From Candidatus Poribacteria bacterium (GTDB taxonomy: Bacteria > Poribacteria > WGA-4E > WGA-3G), in contig OZ244821.1 of NCBI GenBank assembly GCA_965220325.1, forward strand, positions 3,037,924-3,101,923: a stretch of 64,000 nt of DNA. The letters run 5' to 3'. Every line of letters starts with the position of its first letter. Position 1 is the first letter of the stretch. Below are positions 8,801-17,780 of the stretch, in pieces. The notes below the pieces were generated by a model that saw nothing but the letters and a program-made list of their open reading frames with translations, had not been told where the DNA came from and did not search any database. Position numbers and translations under genes: made by a program.

Positions 8801-11800
8801 ACATCGGCAGTGCCGTCGGCGCAACCGATACGGATAACGACACGCTCAGCTATACCCTCGGTGGCACCGATGCCGCATCTTTCAGTATCGTCAGCACGAC
8901 AGGACAACTCCAAACCAACACTGCCCTAAATTACGAAAGCAAGTCGTCTTATTCTGTGTCAGTGTCTGTCTCTGATAACAACGGCGGCAGCGATAGTATC
9001 GCTGTCACGATCAATGTGACGAACGTCAATGAGGCACCAAGTTTCGCAAGCACCACTGCGACACGTTCGATAGCAGAGAACACCGCAGCCAACACAAATA
9101 TCGGCGCGGCTGTTGCTGCGACAGATGTCGATGGCAACACCCTCTCCTATACACTGGGTGGCACGGACGCAAGCTCATTTAGCATCGTCAGCACGTCTGG
9201 TCAACTCCGAACCAGTGCAGCCCTGGACCGTGAAACAAAAGCCTCCTATTCCGTGACGGTCACTGCCTCCGATGGCAGCCTGTCGGATACGACCACCGTC
9301 ACAATCAATGTGACGAACGTCAACGAAGCACCTAACTTCGCGAGCAGCACCGCAACACGCTCCATAGCAGAGAACACCGCCTCCGGTCAAAACATCGGCA
9401 CTGCCGTTGCGGCGACAGACCCAGATGGCAACACCCTCTCCTATACACTGGGTGGCACGGATGCGAGTTCATTTAGCATCGTCAGCACGTCTGGTCAACT
9501 CCGAACCAGTGCTGCTTTGGACCGTGAAACAAAAGCCTCCTATTCTGTGACAGTCACTGCCTCCGATGGGAGTCTATCGGATACGATCACCGTCACGATC
9601 AATGTGACGAACGTCAACGAGGCACCTAACTTCGCAAGCACCACAGCAACACGCTCTATAGCGGAGAACACGGTTTCCGGTCGAAACATCGGGACTGCCG
9701 TCGCCGCAACGGATGTTGACCATACTTCACTTACCTATACGCTGGGTGGCACGGATGCGAGTTCGTTTAGCATCGTCAGCACGTCCGGTCAACTCCGAAC
9801 CAGTGCAGCCCTGGACCGTGAAACAAAAGCCTCCTATTCTGTGACAGTCACTGCCAGGGATGCGGGTAACCTCTCAGATACGATCACCGTCACGATCAAT
9901 GTGACGAACGTCAACGAGGCACCAAGTTTCGCAAGCACCACAGCAACACGCTCCATAGCGGAGAACACGGTTTCCGGTCGAAACATCGGGACTGCCGTCG
10001 CCGCAACGGATGTTGACCATACTTCACTCACCTATACTTTGGGTGGTACGGATGCGAGTTCGTTTAGCATCGTCAGCACGTCTGGTCAACTGCGAACCAG
10101 TGCGGCTTTGGACCGTGAAACAAAAGCCTCCTACTCTGTGACAGTCACTGCCAGGGATGCGGGTAACCTCTCGGATACGATCACTGTCACGATCAATGTG
10201 ACGAACGTCAACGAGGCACCAAGTTTCGCAAGCACCACTGCGACGCGCTCTATAGCAGAGAACACGGTTTCTGGTCGAAACATCGGGACTGCCGTCGCCG
10301 CAACGGATGTTGACCATACTTCACTCACCTATAGTCTTGGTGGCACGGATGCGAGTTCATTTAGCATCGTCAGCACGTCTGGTCAACTGCGAACCAGTGC
10401 TGCTTTGGACCGTGAAACAAAAGCCTCCTACTCTGTGACAGTCACTGCCAGGGATGCGGGTAACCTCTCGGATACGATCACCGTCACAATCAATGTGACG
10501 AACGTCAACGAGGCACCGAGTTTCGCAAGCACCACAGCAACACGCTCCATAGCGGAGAACACGGTTTCCGGTCGAAACATCGGCACTGCTGTATCTGCGA
10601 CAGATGTTGATGGCAACACGCTCACCTATAGTCTCGGTGGCACGGATGCGAGTTCGTTCAGTATCGTCAGCACATCGGGTCAACTCCGAACGAGTGCAGC
10701 TTTGGACCGTGAAACAAAAGCCTCATATTCTGTGACAGTCACTGCCAGGGATGCGGGTAACCTCTCGGATACGATCACCGTCACGATCAATGTGACAAAC
10801 GTCAATGAGGCACCAAGTTTCGCAACTACCACCGCGACGCGCTCGGTCGCAGAGAACACGGCAACCAATCAAAACATCGGCACAGCTCTCACCGCAACGG
10901 ATGTCGATAGTGGCACCACGCTCACCTATTCGATAGCGACAACCGGGGATGCCGCAGCCTTCAGCATCGTCAGCAATACAGGGCAACTGAAAACAAAGAA
11001 TACCCTGAACTATGAAGTTAAAAACGCCTATACGGTCGTTGTGACGGCTTCCGATGGAAGTTTGACCGATACGATCACCGTCACAATCAGTGTGACAAAC
11101 GTCAATGAGGCACCCACTTTCGCAACTACCACCGCGACGCGCTCGGTCGCAGAGAACACGGCAACCAATCAAAACATTGGCACGGCTCTCACCGCAACGG
11201 ATGTTGATAGTGGCACCACGCTCACCTATTCGATCCCGACAACCGGGGATGCCGCAGCCTTCAGCATCGTCAGCAATACAGGGCAACTGAAAACAAAGAA
11301 TGCCTTGAACCATGAAACAAAAGCCTCCTATACGGTCATTGTGACGGCTTCCGACGGAACTTTGTCAGATACCATCACCGTCACGATCAGTGTCACAAAC
11401 GTCAACGAAGCACCGAGTTTCAGCACTTCGGGGAGGGTCACGCTCTCCGTCGCAGAGAACACGGCAGCCAACACCAACATCGGCACCCCCTTCCAGGCAA
11501 CAGACCCCGATAGTGGGGATACAGTGACCTATTCGCTGCAGCGAGCCGATAAGACCTCGTTCCGTATTGACGCAAATACGGGGCAGCTGAAAACCCACGC
11601 GGCACTTGACTATGAAACGAAAAATTCTTACAGCAATCTCGCCGTCCGCGCGGCTGATAGCGGGGGTCTCGTCAGTAGCGTCCTTGTCACTGTCAACGTT
11701 ACAAATGTCAATGATAATTCCCCCGTGTTCACGGAGGGTGCCAGCACGACGCGGTCTATCGCAGAGAACACGGATTTCGGCACAAACATCGGAACTCCGG

Positions 11801-14778
11801 TCGCTGCGACGGATGCCGATAATGATACCCTCAGCTATACACTGGGCGGCACGAATGCATCCTCATTTTACATTATTGGCACATCCGGGCAGCTGAGAAC
11901 AGGCTCCGTCGCCTTGGATTATGAAACGAAATCGTCCTATTCGGTCACGGTCAACGTTTCTGATGGCAACGGTGGGAGTGATAGTATCGCTGTCACCATC
12001 AACGTTACAGATGTTGATGAATCGCCTGCAAACAGCGCACCGACCTTCACGGATGGCACCAGTACCACACGCACTGTTGCGGAGAACACCGCTTTAGGCA
12101 CCTACGTCGGAAGTGCGGTTGCTGCGACCGTTGCGAATAACGCCACACTCACCTATACGCTGAGTGGCGCGGATGCGGCCTCGTTTAGCATTGGCAGTGC
12201 CTCCGGGCAGATCCAAACAAATGCTGCCATGGATTATGAAGTCAAGAATTCCTACACCGTCACGGTTGACGTTTCTGGTAGCAATGGCGGGAGTGACAGT
12301 ATCACCGTCACCATCAATGTTACAGATGAAGCCGAATCCCCGATAGCACCGCCGCTCAGTGACCGCACGCCACAAGTGCGCGCTGCGATTGTTGCTGCAG
12401 CACCAGGCGTTAGCAATGTTGCTGATGTGACCGTAGCACACCTCGCAGCGATTGCCTCCCTGAATTTGTCGAATAGGTCAATCCGTTCTCTAAAAACTGG
12501 GGATTTCAATGGACTCACCGGAATGGGAGCACTCGATCTGCATCTCAACTCGATCAGTGATATATCTGCCCTGAGTGGATTGACCCAACTGAGACATCTT
12601 GATCTGGGCTTCAATTCGATCAGTGATATATCTGCCCTGAGTGGCATGACCTCAATGGTCAATCTCAGTCTGCTTAACAATTCGATCAGTGATATATCTG
12701 CCCTGAGTGGCATGACTTTGATGACAAGTCTCGGTCTGTCTAACAATTCGATCAGTGATATATCTGCCCTGAGTGGCATGACCTTGATAGACACTCTCAA
12801 TCTAACGAACAATAACGTTACGGATGTATCTGCCCTGAGTGGCATGACCTCGCTATTCATCTTATCTGTCGCAGGGAATCCGATTTCGGATTATGGTCCC
12901 CTCCGGACCCTCAAGGCAGCAAATCCGAATGCCCGCCTTGATATTAGCCTTAATAACAACCCACCCGTCTTCACTGAAGGCACCAGTGCCACGCGGTCTA
13001 TTGCAGAGAATACGGCATCTGGCACAAACATAGGCACTGCGGTTGCTGCGACCGATGCGGATAACCATACCCTTAGATATAGTTTGGGTGGCACGGATGC
13101 GGCTTCGTTCAGCATTGTCAGCACATCAGGACAGCTCCGCACAAATGCTGCCCTGGATTATGAAACGAAGTCCTCTTATGCTGTAACAATCACCGTTTCT
13201 GATGGAAATAACGGGGGTGATAGTATCAGCGTCACCATCAATGTTACAGATGTAGTTGAGCATGACCCCGTGTTCACGGATGGCGACACCACGACGCGGT
13301 CTGTTGCGGAGAACTCCGGTAGAGGCACCAACGTCGGAACTCCGGTGGCTGCGACCGATGCGAATACCGGCGACACACTCACCTATACGCTCGGTGGCAC
13401 CGATGCCGCATCGTTTAGCATTGTCTCCACATCCGGGCAGCTCCGAACCAATGCTACTCTGGATTATGAAACCAAGAGCTCCTACACTGTCACGGTTGAC
13501 GTTTCTGACGGTACTGGCGGGAGTGACAGTATCACCGTCACCATCAATGTTACAGATGTCGAGGAATCCACGATAACACCTGTAAAGGATCGCACGACGC
13601 AGGTACGGGATGCGATTGTTGCTGCGGTGTCAGGCGTTAGCAATGCTGACGATGTGACCGAAGCACACCTCGCAGCGATTACAGAATTGAATCTCGGATC
13701 AAAGTCAATCACTACGCTGAAGGCTGGCGATTTCAGTGGACTCACCGGACTCGAAACGCTCTATCTGGACAGCGAGTCGCCCAGTGATACACATAAAAAT
13801 TCGATCAGTGATATATCACCCCTTGAAGGCTTGACTACCCTGACAAGGCTCAATCTGCTTTACAATTCGGTCAGCGATATATCTGCGCTGAGTGGCATGA
13901 CTTCAATGAGCCAGCTTAATCTGGATAACAATTCGGTCAGTGATATATCTGCCTTGAGTGGCATGACTTCAATGACCATTCTCAGTATGAAGAACAATAA
14001 CGTTACGGATGTATCTCCCCTGAGTGGCATGACCACGATGTTCATCTTATCTGTCGCAGGGAATCCGATTTCAGATTACGCTACCCTCCGGACACTCCAG
14101 GCACATTCGCTTTGGGTACTTGATATTAGTCTTAATAACAACCCACCGACGTTCACCGATGGTGCCACCACCACGCGCTCGGTCGCCGAGAACACGGCAG
14201 CGGGACAAAACATCGGCAGTGCAGTCTCTGCGACGGATGCGAATAACCATACGCTCACCTATAGTCTCGGTGGCACGGATGCGGATTCGTTTAGCATCGT
14301 TTCCACCTCCGGGCAGCTCCAAACCAAAGCAGCACTCGACTATGAAACGAAGAACAGCTATACGGTAACAGTGACTGCTTATGACGGCAATAACGGTGGG
14401 GACAGAATCACCGTCACGATCAATGTCACCGACGTAGCAGCTGCTGCACCGGTTGTGCTAACACCGCCAGCACCCGTGCTGCCGAACACAACCGAGTTGC
14501 TGACAAACTTCCCGAACCCGTTCAACCCGGAGACGTGGATACCGTATCAGCTCGCCAAACCGGCAGATGTGACGCTAACCATCTACGATATCCGCGGTCG
14601 TATCGTGCGGACGTTGCGATTAGGGCACCAACCTGCAGGTTTCTACCAGAATCGGAGCAAGGCAGCGCATTGGGATGGACGAAATCATCTCGGTGAAAAG
14701 GTCGCCACAGGCGTGTATTTCTACACCCTCAAAGCCGGCGATTACATGGCAACCCGCAAGCTCTTGATACGGAAATAG
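5881..14778 (+). CDS. Giant secreted surface protein (2965 aa): signal peptide, 3 leucine-rich-repeat modules, about 25 cadherin-like repeats, C-terminal T9SS-type (Por_Secre_tail-like) sorting domain
   Basis: TTG start 8 nt after AAGGAG. The N-terminus is hydrophobic. LxxLxLxxNxISDIS 22-residue LRRs occur at aa 70-230 and again near nt 12360-12960 and 13560-14130. Each LRR module opens with DRTPQIRDAIVAAxPGV. There are about 100-aa repeats ending in NVTNVNEAP with TDVDGD calcium-binding-like motifs. The C-terminus GVYFYTLKAGDYMATRKLLIRK matches the T9SS C-terminal domain pattern. Confidence 0.9.
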   Translation: MLLTNKKCIVSIFLTTFIVFLTHISGYADITPVQDRTPQIRDAIVAAVPGVNSANDVTAAHLAAIATLEASNKSISALKAGDFDGLTALTTLDLSRNTISDISLLGSLTALTALELSQNAITDISVLKKLTKLRWLFLSHNAISDISPLKNLTALKHLWLGGNAIKDISALEKLTKLKKLWLSRNAISDISVLEKLTPLTALWLDGNAISDVSALEGLISLVSLNLSGNPISDYGPLRRLKTANPDITIDIDIDENDNSAPVFTAGSSTTRSVAENTASGTNIGSAVSATDTDNDTLTYTLGGTDAASFRIVSTSGQLRTNAALDYETKSSYSVTVSVSDSNGGSDSIPVTISVTNVNEAPNFASSTATRSIAENTASGTNIGTAITATDVDTGDTPTYTLGGTDASSFSIVSTSGQLRTNAALNYETKSSYSVTVTARDAGNLSDTISVTISITDVNEAPNFASSTATRSIAENTASGQNIGAAVAATDVDGDTLSYTLGGTDASSFSIVSTSGQLRTSAALDRETKASYSVTVTASDGSLSDTTTVTISVTNVNEAPNFASSTATRSIAENTASGQNIGTALTATDPDGDTLSYTLGGTDASSFSIVSNSGQLRTSAALDRETKASYSVTVTASDGSLSDTTTVTINVTNVNEAPVFTEGSTATRSIAENTTSGTNIGAAVAATDVDGDTLSYTLGGTDASSFSIVSTSGQLRTSAALDRETKASYSVTVTASDGSLSDTTTVTINVTNVNEAPTFATTTATRSVAENTAANQNIGAAFTATDVDSGTTLTYSIPTTGDAAAFSIVSNTGQLKTKNTLNYEVKNAYTVVVTASDGSLTDTITVTISVTNVNETPTFATGTTISSISATKGTAITSVTLPAATDPDANTTITYTVTPTLPAGLTFTPSTRILSGTPTAVSASATYTYTASDSNLSDTLTFTIQVNAPANNAPTFTDGTSTTRSVAENTASGQNIGSAVGATDTDNDTLSYTLGGTDAASFSIVSTTGQLQTNTALNYESKSSYSVSVSVSDNNGGSDSIAVTINVTNVNEAPSFASTTATRSIAENTAANTNIGAAVAATDVDGNTLSYTLGGTDASSFSIVSTSGQLRTSAALDRETKASYSVTVTASDGSLSDTTTVTINVTNVNEAPNFASSTATRSIAENTASGQNIGTAVAATDPDGNTLSYTLGGTDASSFSIVSTSGQLRTSAALDRETKASYSVTVTASDGSLSDTITVTINVTNVNEAPNFASTTATRSIAENTVSGRNIGTAVAATDVDHTSLTYTLGGTDASSFSIVSTSGQLRTSAALDRETKASYSVTVTARDAGNLSDTITVTINVTNVNEAPSFASTTATRSIAENTVSGRNIGTAVAATDVDHTSLTYTLGGTDASSFSIVSTSGQLRTSAALDRETKASYSVTVTARDAGNLSDTITVTINVTNVNEAPSFASTTATRSIAENTVSGRNIGTAVAATDVDHTSLTYSLGGTDASSFSIVSTSGQLRTSAALDRETKASYSVTVTARDAGNLSDTITVTINVTNVNEAPSFASTTATRSIAENTVSGRNIGTAVSATDVDGNTLTYSLGGTDASSFSIVSTSGQLRTSAALDRETKASYSVTVTARDAGNLSDTITVTINVTNVNEAPSFATTTATRSVAENTATNQNIGTALTATDVDSGTTLTYSIATTGDAAAFSIVSNTGQLKTKNTLNYEVKNAYTVVVTASDGSLTDTITVTISVTNVNEAPTFATTTATRSVAENTATNQNIGTALTATDVDSGTTLTYSIPTTGDAAAFSIVSNTGQLKTKNALNHETKASYTVIVTASDGTLSDTITVTISVTNVNEAPSFSTSGRVTLSVAENTAANTNIGTPFQATDPDSGDTVTYSLQRADKTSFRIDANTGQLKTHAALDYETKNSYSNLAVRAADSGGLVSSVLVTVNVTNVNDNSPVFTEGASTTRSIAENTDFGTNIGTPVAATDADNDTLSYTLGGTNASSFYIIGTSGQLRTGSVALDYETKSSYSVTVNVSDGNGGSDSIAVTINVTDVDESPANSAPTFTDGTSTTRTVAENTALGTYVGSAVAATVANNATLTYTLSGADAASFSIGSASGQIQTNAAMDYEVKNSYTVTVDVSGSNGGSDSITVTINVTDEAESPIAPPLSDRTPQVRAAIVAAAPGVSNVADVTVAHLAAIASLNLSNRSIRSLKTGDFNGLTGMGALDLHLNSISDISALSGLTQLRHLDLGFNSISDISALSGMTSMVNLSLLNNSISDISALSGMTLMTSLGLSNNSISDISALSGMTLIDTLNLTNNNVTDVSALSGMTSLFILSVAGNPISDYGPLRTLKAANPNARLDISLNNNPPVFTEGTSATRSIAENTASGTNIGTAVAATDADNHTLRYSLGGTDAASFSIVSTSGQLRTNAALDYETKSSYAVTITVSDGNNGGDSISVTINVTDVVEHDPVFTDGDTTTRSVAENSGRGTNVGTPVAATDANTGDTLTYTLGGTDAASFSIVSTSGQLRTNATLDYETKSSYTVTVDVSDGTGGSDSITVTINVTDVEESTITPVKDRTTQVRDAIVAAVSGVSNADDVTEAHLAAITELNLGSKSITTLKAGDFSGLTGLETLYLDSESPSDTHKNSISDISPLEGLTTLTRLNLLYNSVSDISALSGMTSMSQLNLDNNSVSDISALSGMTSMTILSMKNNNVTDVSPLSGMTTMFILSVAGNPISDYATLRTLQAHSLWVLDISLNNNPPTFTDGATTTRSVAENTAAGQNIGSAVSATDANNHTLTYSLGGTDADSFSIVSTSGQLQTKAALDYETKNSYTVTVTAYDGNNGGDRITVTINVTDVAAAAPVVLTPPAPVLPNTTELLTNFPNPFNPETWIPYQLAKPADVTLTIYDIRGRIVRTLRLGHQPAGFYQNRSKAAHWDGRNHLGEKVATGVYFYTLKAGDYMATRKLLIRK

Positions 14779-14788
14779 TTGTCAGTTA

Positions 14789-15084
14789 TTGTAAAGCCCG
14801 AAAATAGGTTGACATTTACCAAATCTCCAGATTCCCCCCTGATAAGGGGGGTTAGGGGGGTTCTACCGATTAAGGTGTCCAATTAATTATGGATTTCACT
14901 ATAAGAGGGAAACTTATCAATTACATTTCCCTCTTATTGTAAAGCCCGAAAATAGGTTGACCTTTACCGAATCTCCAGATTCCCCCCTGATAAGGGGGGT
15001 TAGGGGGGTTCTACCGATTAAGGTGTCCAATTAATTATGGATTTCACTATAAGAGGGAAACTTATCAGTCACATTTCCCTCTTA
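14789..15084. repeat. Two tandem copies of a 156-bp unit. Each contains CCCCCCTGATAAGGGGGGTTAGGGGGG and a 10-bp-stem hairpin AAGAGGGAAA-N16-TTTCCCTCTT.
   Basis: Read from the sequence immediately 3' of the giant gene stop. The copies differ at about 4 positions. They are related to the repeat at 2261-2401 by the C5-TGATAA-G5-TTAGGGGG core. Confidence 0.85.
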
Positions 15085-15375
15085 ACCGAAATGAAGATTA
15101 ATTTATTGCAGGCGGGGTGTTTTGCTGGGGTGTTTCTTCCAGTATCCCCGCCGAATTTTTGTGCTGTCCTTTTCACAACTCCTAAAACTTAATATATATT
15201 ACCTAAAATATGTATATAATTAAAACAATTCTCTAAAATTTTCGCAGCATTTCGCTAGATTTCGCAGCATTTCGCTACCAGAACGCTATGTTTTCCGAGA
15301 AATCTCATCTAACAGAACAGGCTACATTTACAACGGTAGAAAGGACAGTTTTTCTCGGAAAGCAAAAATAGATGA

Positions 15376-15404
15376 TTGACAAAATGGCGATGGTGTGTGA
15401 TAAT
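15376..15404 (+). promoter_or_regulatory. Sigma70-type promoter with extended -10: TTGACA-17 bp-(TGt)GATAAT
   Basis: -35 TTGACA at 15376-15381, 17-nt spacer, TG at 15396-15397, GATAAT at 15399-15404. It lies about 65 nt upstream of the ATG at 15472. Confidence 0.6.
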
Positions 15405-15471
15405 GCTATTGCTGAAAAGGATTTATATGCTGTGTGTACCTGAGAATCGGACATATAACAGGGGGGAACAG

Positions 15472-17214
15472 ATGGCTAACGAACTGATGACGAACGAAGA
15501 GAATTACGCTTTTGATGTGGCGGGCTACCTACACATTCCGGGCGTTCTCAGTCAGGAAGAGGTAGCAGCACTCAACGAGGCATTAGACGCATTTGGTGAG
15601 AGTGAAACGCTGTTAGGCGGCGACAGTCCACACCGCGAATTGTTCCGCGATTTACTGGTACATCCGACATTGGTGTGGTATTTGAACCAGATCATCGGAC
15701 ACGGCTTCCGACTCGATCAGGCACCCCGATTGTTGGGACAGCGAGAAGGTGAAACCGGTCTAACACTCACTGGCGGCGATGAACCGAGAAACCCGTCCTT
15801 AGCATACCGCATACAAAAGGATAGGAGAAGCTGCCAAGGCGTGAAAGCGGTCTGGGCGTTGGACGACATCACAGAAGACGATGGTGGACTCGTCGTTGTT
15901 CAGGCGAGCCATAAGAGTAATGTCGAGACACCGAACGACTTGGCAACCGGCGTTGACGATATGGACGTAGTCGTGCATCCGGAACTCAAGGCAGGTGATC
16001 TATTCTTGGTTGCGGTACCTACGCTCCAAGGCGTTCGTCCGTGGAAAGACGAGCCGAAAAGGTTGTTGAGCTACTGGTACGCCGCGCGTGCAGCAATCCA
16101 ATCGAATCCAGTTGGACCTTACTCGGAAACCGCATCTCTGCCGGGATGGGCAGATGAAGCGACACCTGCGCAAAGGGCGGTCCTGTATGTCCCCGGTTAT
16201 AAGGGTTCAAGTCCACCACCGGTGATAGATACAGACGGCGAAGAGACATGGGTGGAAGAAGATTCGTCTGTTGTTCATCCGTCAATTTATATGCGCGACC
16301 CGAATTCAGGCATCGATGAGAAAGAGTTTTACTTTTGGGATCTAAATGGGTATCTCGTGGTGCGCGGTGTGATGGATGAGCAGTGGTTGGCAGAGGCAAA
16401 TGAAGCGGTGGATAAATTCCAAGATCGCATCGTTGTCGGCAGTGAACTGGCGGGTGGATCGGTCAGCCAAGCCGGTACAGGTCGTCCCCTCCTATCGGGG
16501 CTGTTAAGCCTACCCGACCCTTATAACGAACCCTTCCGACGCATGATTGCGCACCCTACTGTGGTGCAGCGACTCAACTGGATGGGCGGTAGCGGCTATC
16601 GCACGGGTGGCGCGACTGTATTCTGTGCGGTTGAAGGCACGTCAGGGCACTCACTCCACGACGGCAATGAACCGATGAGTCCATCACGGGGTTATGATTT
16701 CAAAAATGGACGCAGCTATGCTGAGACCGTCACGATTACCTGGCAATTGCGCGATGTCGAACCTGGGCTCGGCGGTTTCGCCTGTGTACCCGGTTCCCAC
16801 AAGACGCAGTACTCGATGCCACGCGGCATTCGGACGTGTGATGATACGATGGGGTTAGTGGTACAACCGGTTATGAAAGCCGGGGACGTGCTTTTCTTTA
16901 TGGACGGCGGTTGCACACACGGTGCCTTGGCGTGGAAGAATCCGATCCCCAGACGTGGGGTCCTGATTAAGTATCAGTCGAAAAATGTCAATTGGGGCGG
17001 CGGTGTGATTGATCCTCAGGACCGGTGGGGCGATATGGTCGAAGATATGACCGAGGAACAATTCGCTGTCATGCGTGGACCCGAACGCGACGGTCGCCAC
17101 CGGACTGTACCGAGACTGGTTGTGGAAGACGGAGAGGTGTTCGTTTCCTACGATCCTGAAGGCGATAGTTATGCCTCAAAGCATCGCCGCAAACCGGGTG
17201 AAAAACGAGGGTAA
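15472..17214 (+). CDS. Tandem-domain phytanoyl-CoA dioxygenase (PhyH) family protein (two PhyH-like halves)
   Basis: ATG at 15472 is preceded by GGGGGGAACAG. The N-terminal half starts MANELMTNEENYAFDVAGYLHIPGVLSQEEV. The second half restarts with EKEFYFWDLNGYLVVRGVMDEQW and has a conserved His (CVPGSHK). The ORF track's longer start at 15376 overlaps the promoter and was not used. Confidence 0.65.
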   Translation: MANELMTNEENYAFDVAGYLHIPGVLSQEEVAALNEALDAFGESETLLGGDSPHRELFRDLLVHPTLVWYLNQIIGHGFRLDQAPRLLGQREGETGLTLTGGDEPRNPSLAYRIQKDRRSCQGVKAVWALDDITEDDGGLVVVQASHKSNVETPNDLATGVDDMDVVVHPELKAGDLFLVAVPTLQGVRPWKDEPKRLLSYWYAARAAIQSNPVGPYSETASLPGWADEATPAQRAVLYVPGYKGSSPPPVIDTDGEETWVEEDSSVVHPSIYMRDPNSGIDEKEFYFWDLNGYLVVRGVMDEQWLAEANEAVDKFQDRIVVGSELAGGSVSQAGTGRPLLSGLLSLPDPYNEPFRRMIAHPTVVQRLNWMGGSGYRTGGATVFCAVEGTSGHSLHDGNEPMSPSRGYDFKNGRSYAETVTITWQLRDVEPGLGGFACVPGSHKTQYSMPRGIRTCDDTMGLVVQPVMKAGDVLFFMDGGCTHGALAWKNPIPRRGVLIKYQSKNVNWGGGVIDPQDRWGDMVEDMTEEQFAVMRGPERDGRHRTVPRLVVEDGEVFVSYDPEGDSYASKHRRKPGEKRG

Positions 17215-17235
17215 CGAATCGGTCCACGGTTTTGA

Positions 17236-17265
17236 TCTTCGGATGGGTTGGAAGATTGGAAAGGG
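17236..17265 (+). promoter_or_regulatory. 29-bp element TCTTCGGATGGGTTGGAAGATTGGAAAGGG containing the direct heptad repeat TTGGAAG-A-TTGGAAA. A near-identical copy lies upstream of clpP.
   Basis: Matches 55646-55674 at 28 of 29 positions. Confidence 0.5.
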
Positions 17266-17271
17266 CATCGT

Positions 17272-17633
17272 ATGAAACATAATAAAGTGCAATGGGAACG
17301 GATGTTTCCTGACGAATTAGAAGCGGCGTTGGAGGCGTGTCCGATGGTGTATCTACCTTCAACGCGTCCTCCAGCCGCCGCGTCGGGGAACAGATGGTGG
17401 CAGATATTGTGGCGCATTTCGGGGAAAAGACGAAAGAATTGCTATCGGCATACAAAACGGAGGTGACGAATCATACGCCACTGACGTTTGACGATGTAGA
17501 AGGGATTTGGGAAGCCGAGATCCGACCGAAGTTGGCTGAATTCGCTTCCTTGCAACCCCCCGAACCGGCACCGCCATCCGATTCTCGATGGTATCCGAAC
17601 TCGCAAGTCCCTAAGAAAGGGCGGATACTTTAA
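17272..17633 (+). pseudogene. Two short overlapping ORFs in different frames (17272-17466 and 17337-17633). They may be a frameshifted gene remnant or non-coding.
   Basis: No single frame gives a convincing protein. The ORFs have atypical composition, and the region is flanked by repeat elements. Confidence 0.2.
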
Positions 17634-17660
17634 CAACATTAGGATTCACGTCTTCTATCT

Positions 17661-17765
17661 TAAAGTCCCCCTGATAAGGGGGATTTAGGGGGTTTAGATA
17701 AGGGGATTTAGAGAGTTTAGATAAGGGGATTTAGGGGGTTTAGATAAGGGGATTTAGAGGGTTTA
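17661..17765. repeat. Palindromic repeat family copy: TAAAGTCCCCCTGATAAGGGGGATTTAGGGGG followed by three degenerate 22-bp units TTTAGATAAGGGGATTTAGRGRG
   Basis: Read from the sequence. The core is shared with 2261-2401. Confidence 0.85.
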
Positions 17766-17780
17766 TCGGAGTCTATCAAT

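Noticed and set aside
6297-14368. Numerous 60-270-aa ORFs on the minus strand and in alternative plus frames inside the giant gene
   Set aside because: They are antisense or out-of-frame artefacts of the highly repetitive, GC-biased cadherin/LRR repeats. They repeat with the same periodicity as the sense-strand repeats, are Cys/Arg-rich and of low complexity, and have no independent starts with an RBS.
15376-15471. Longer N-terminal extension of the tandem PhyH gene given in the ORF track
   Set aside because: It would start inside the -35 element of a consensus promoter. An ATG with a purine-rich RBS at 15472 gives an N-terminus typical of PhyH proteins.
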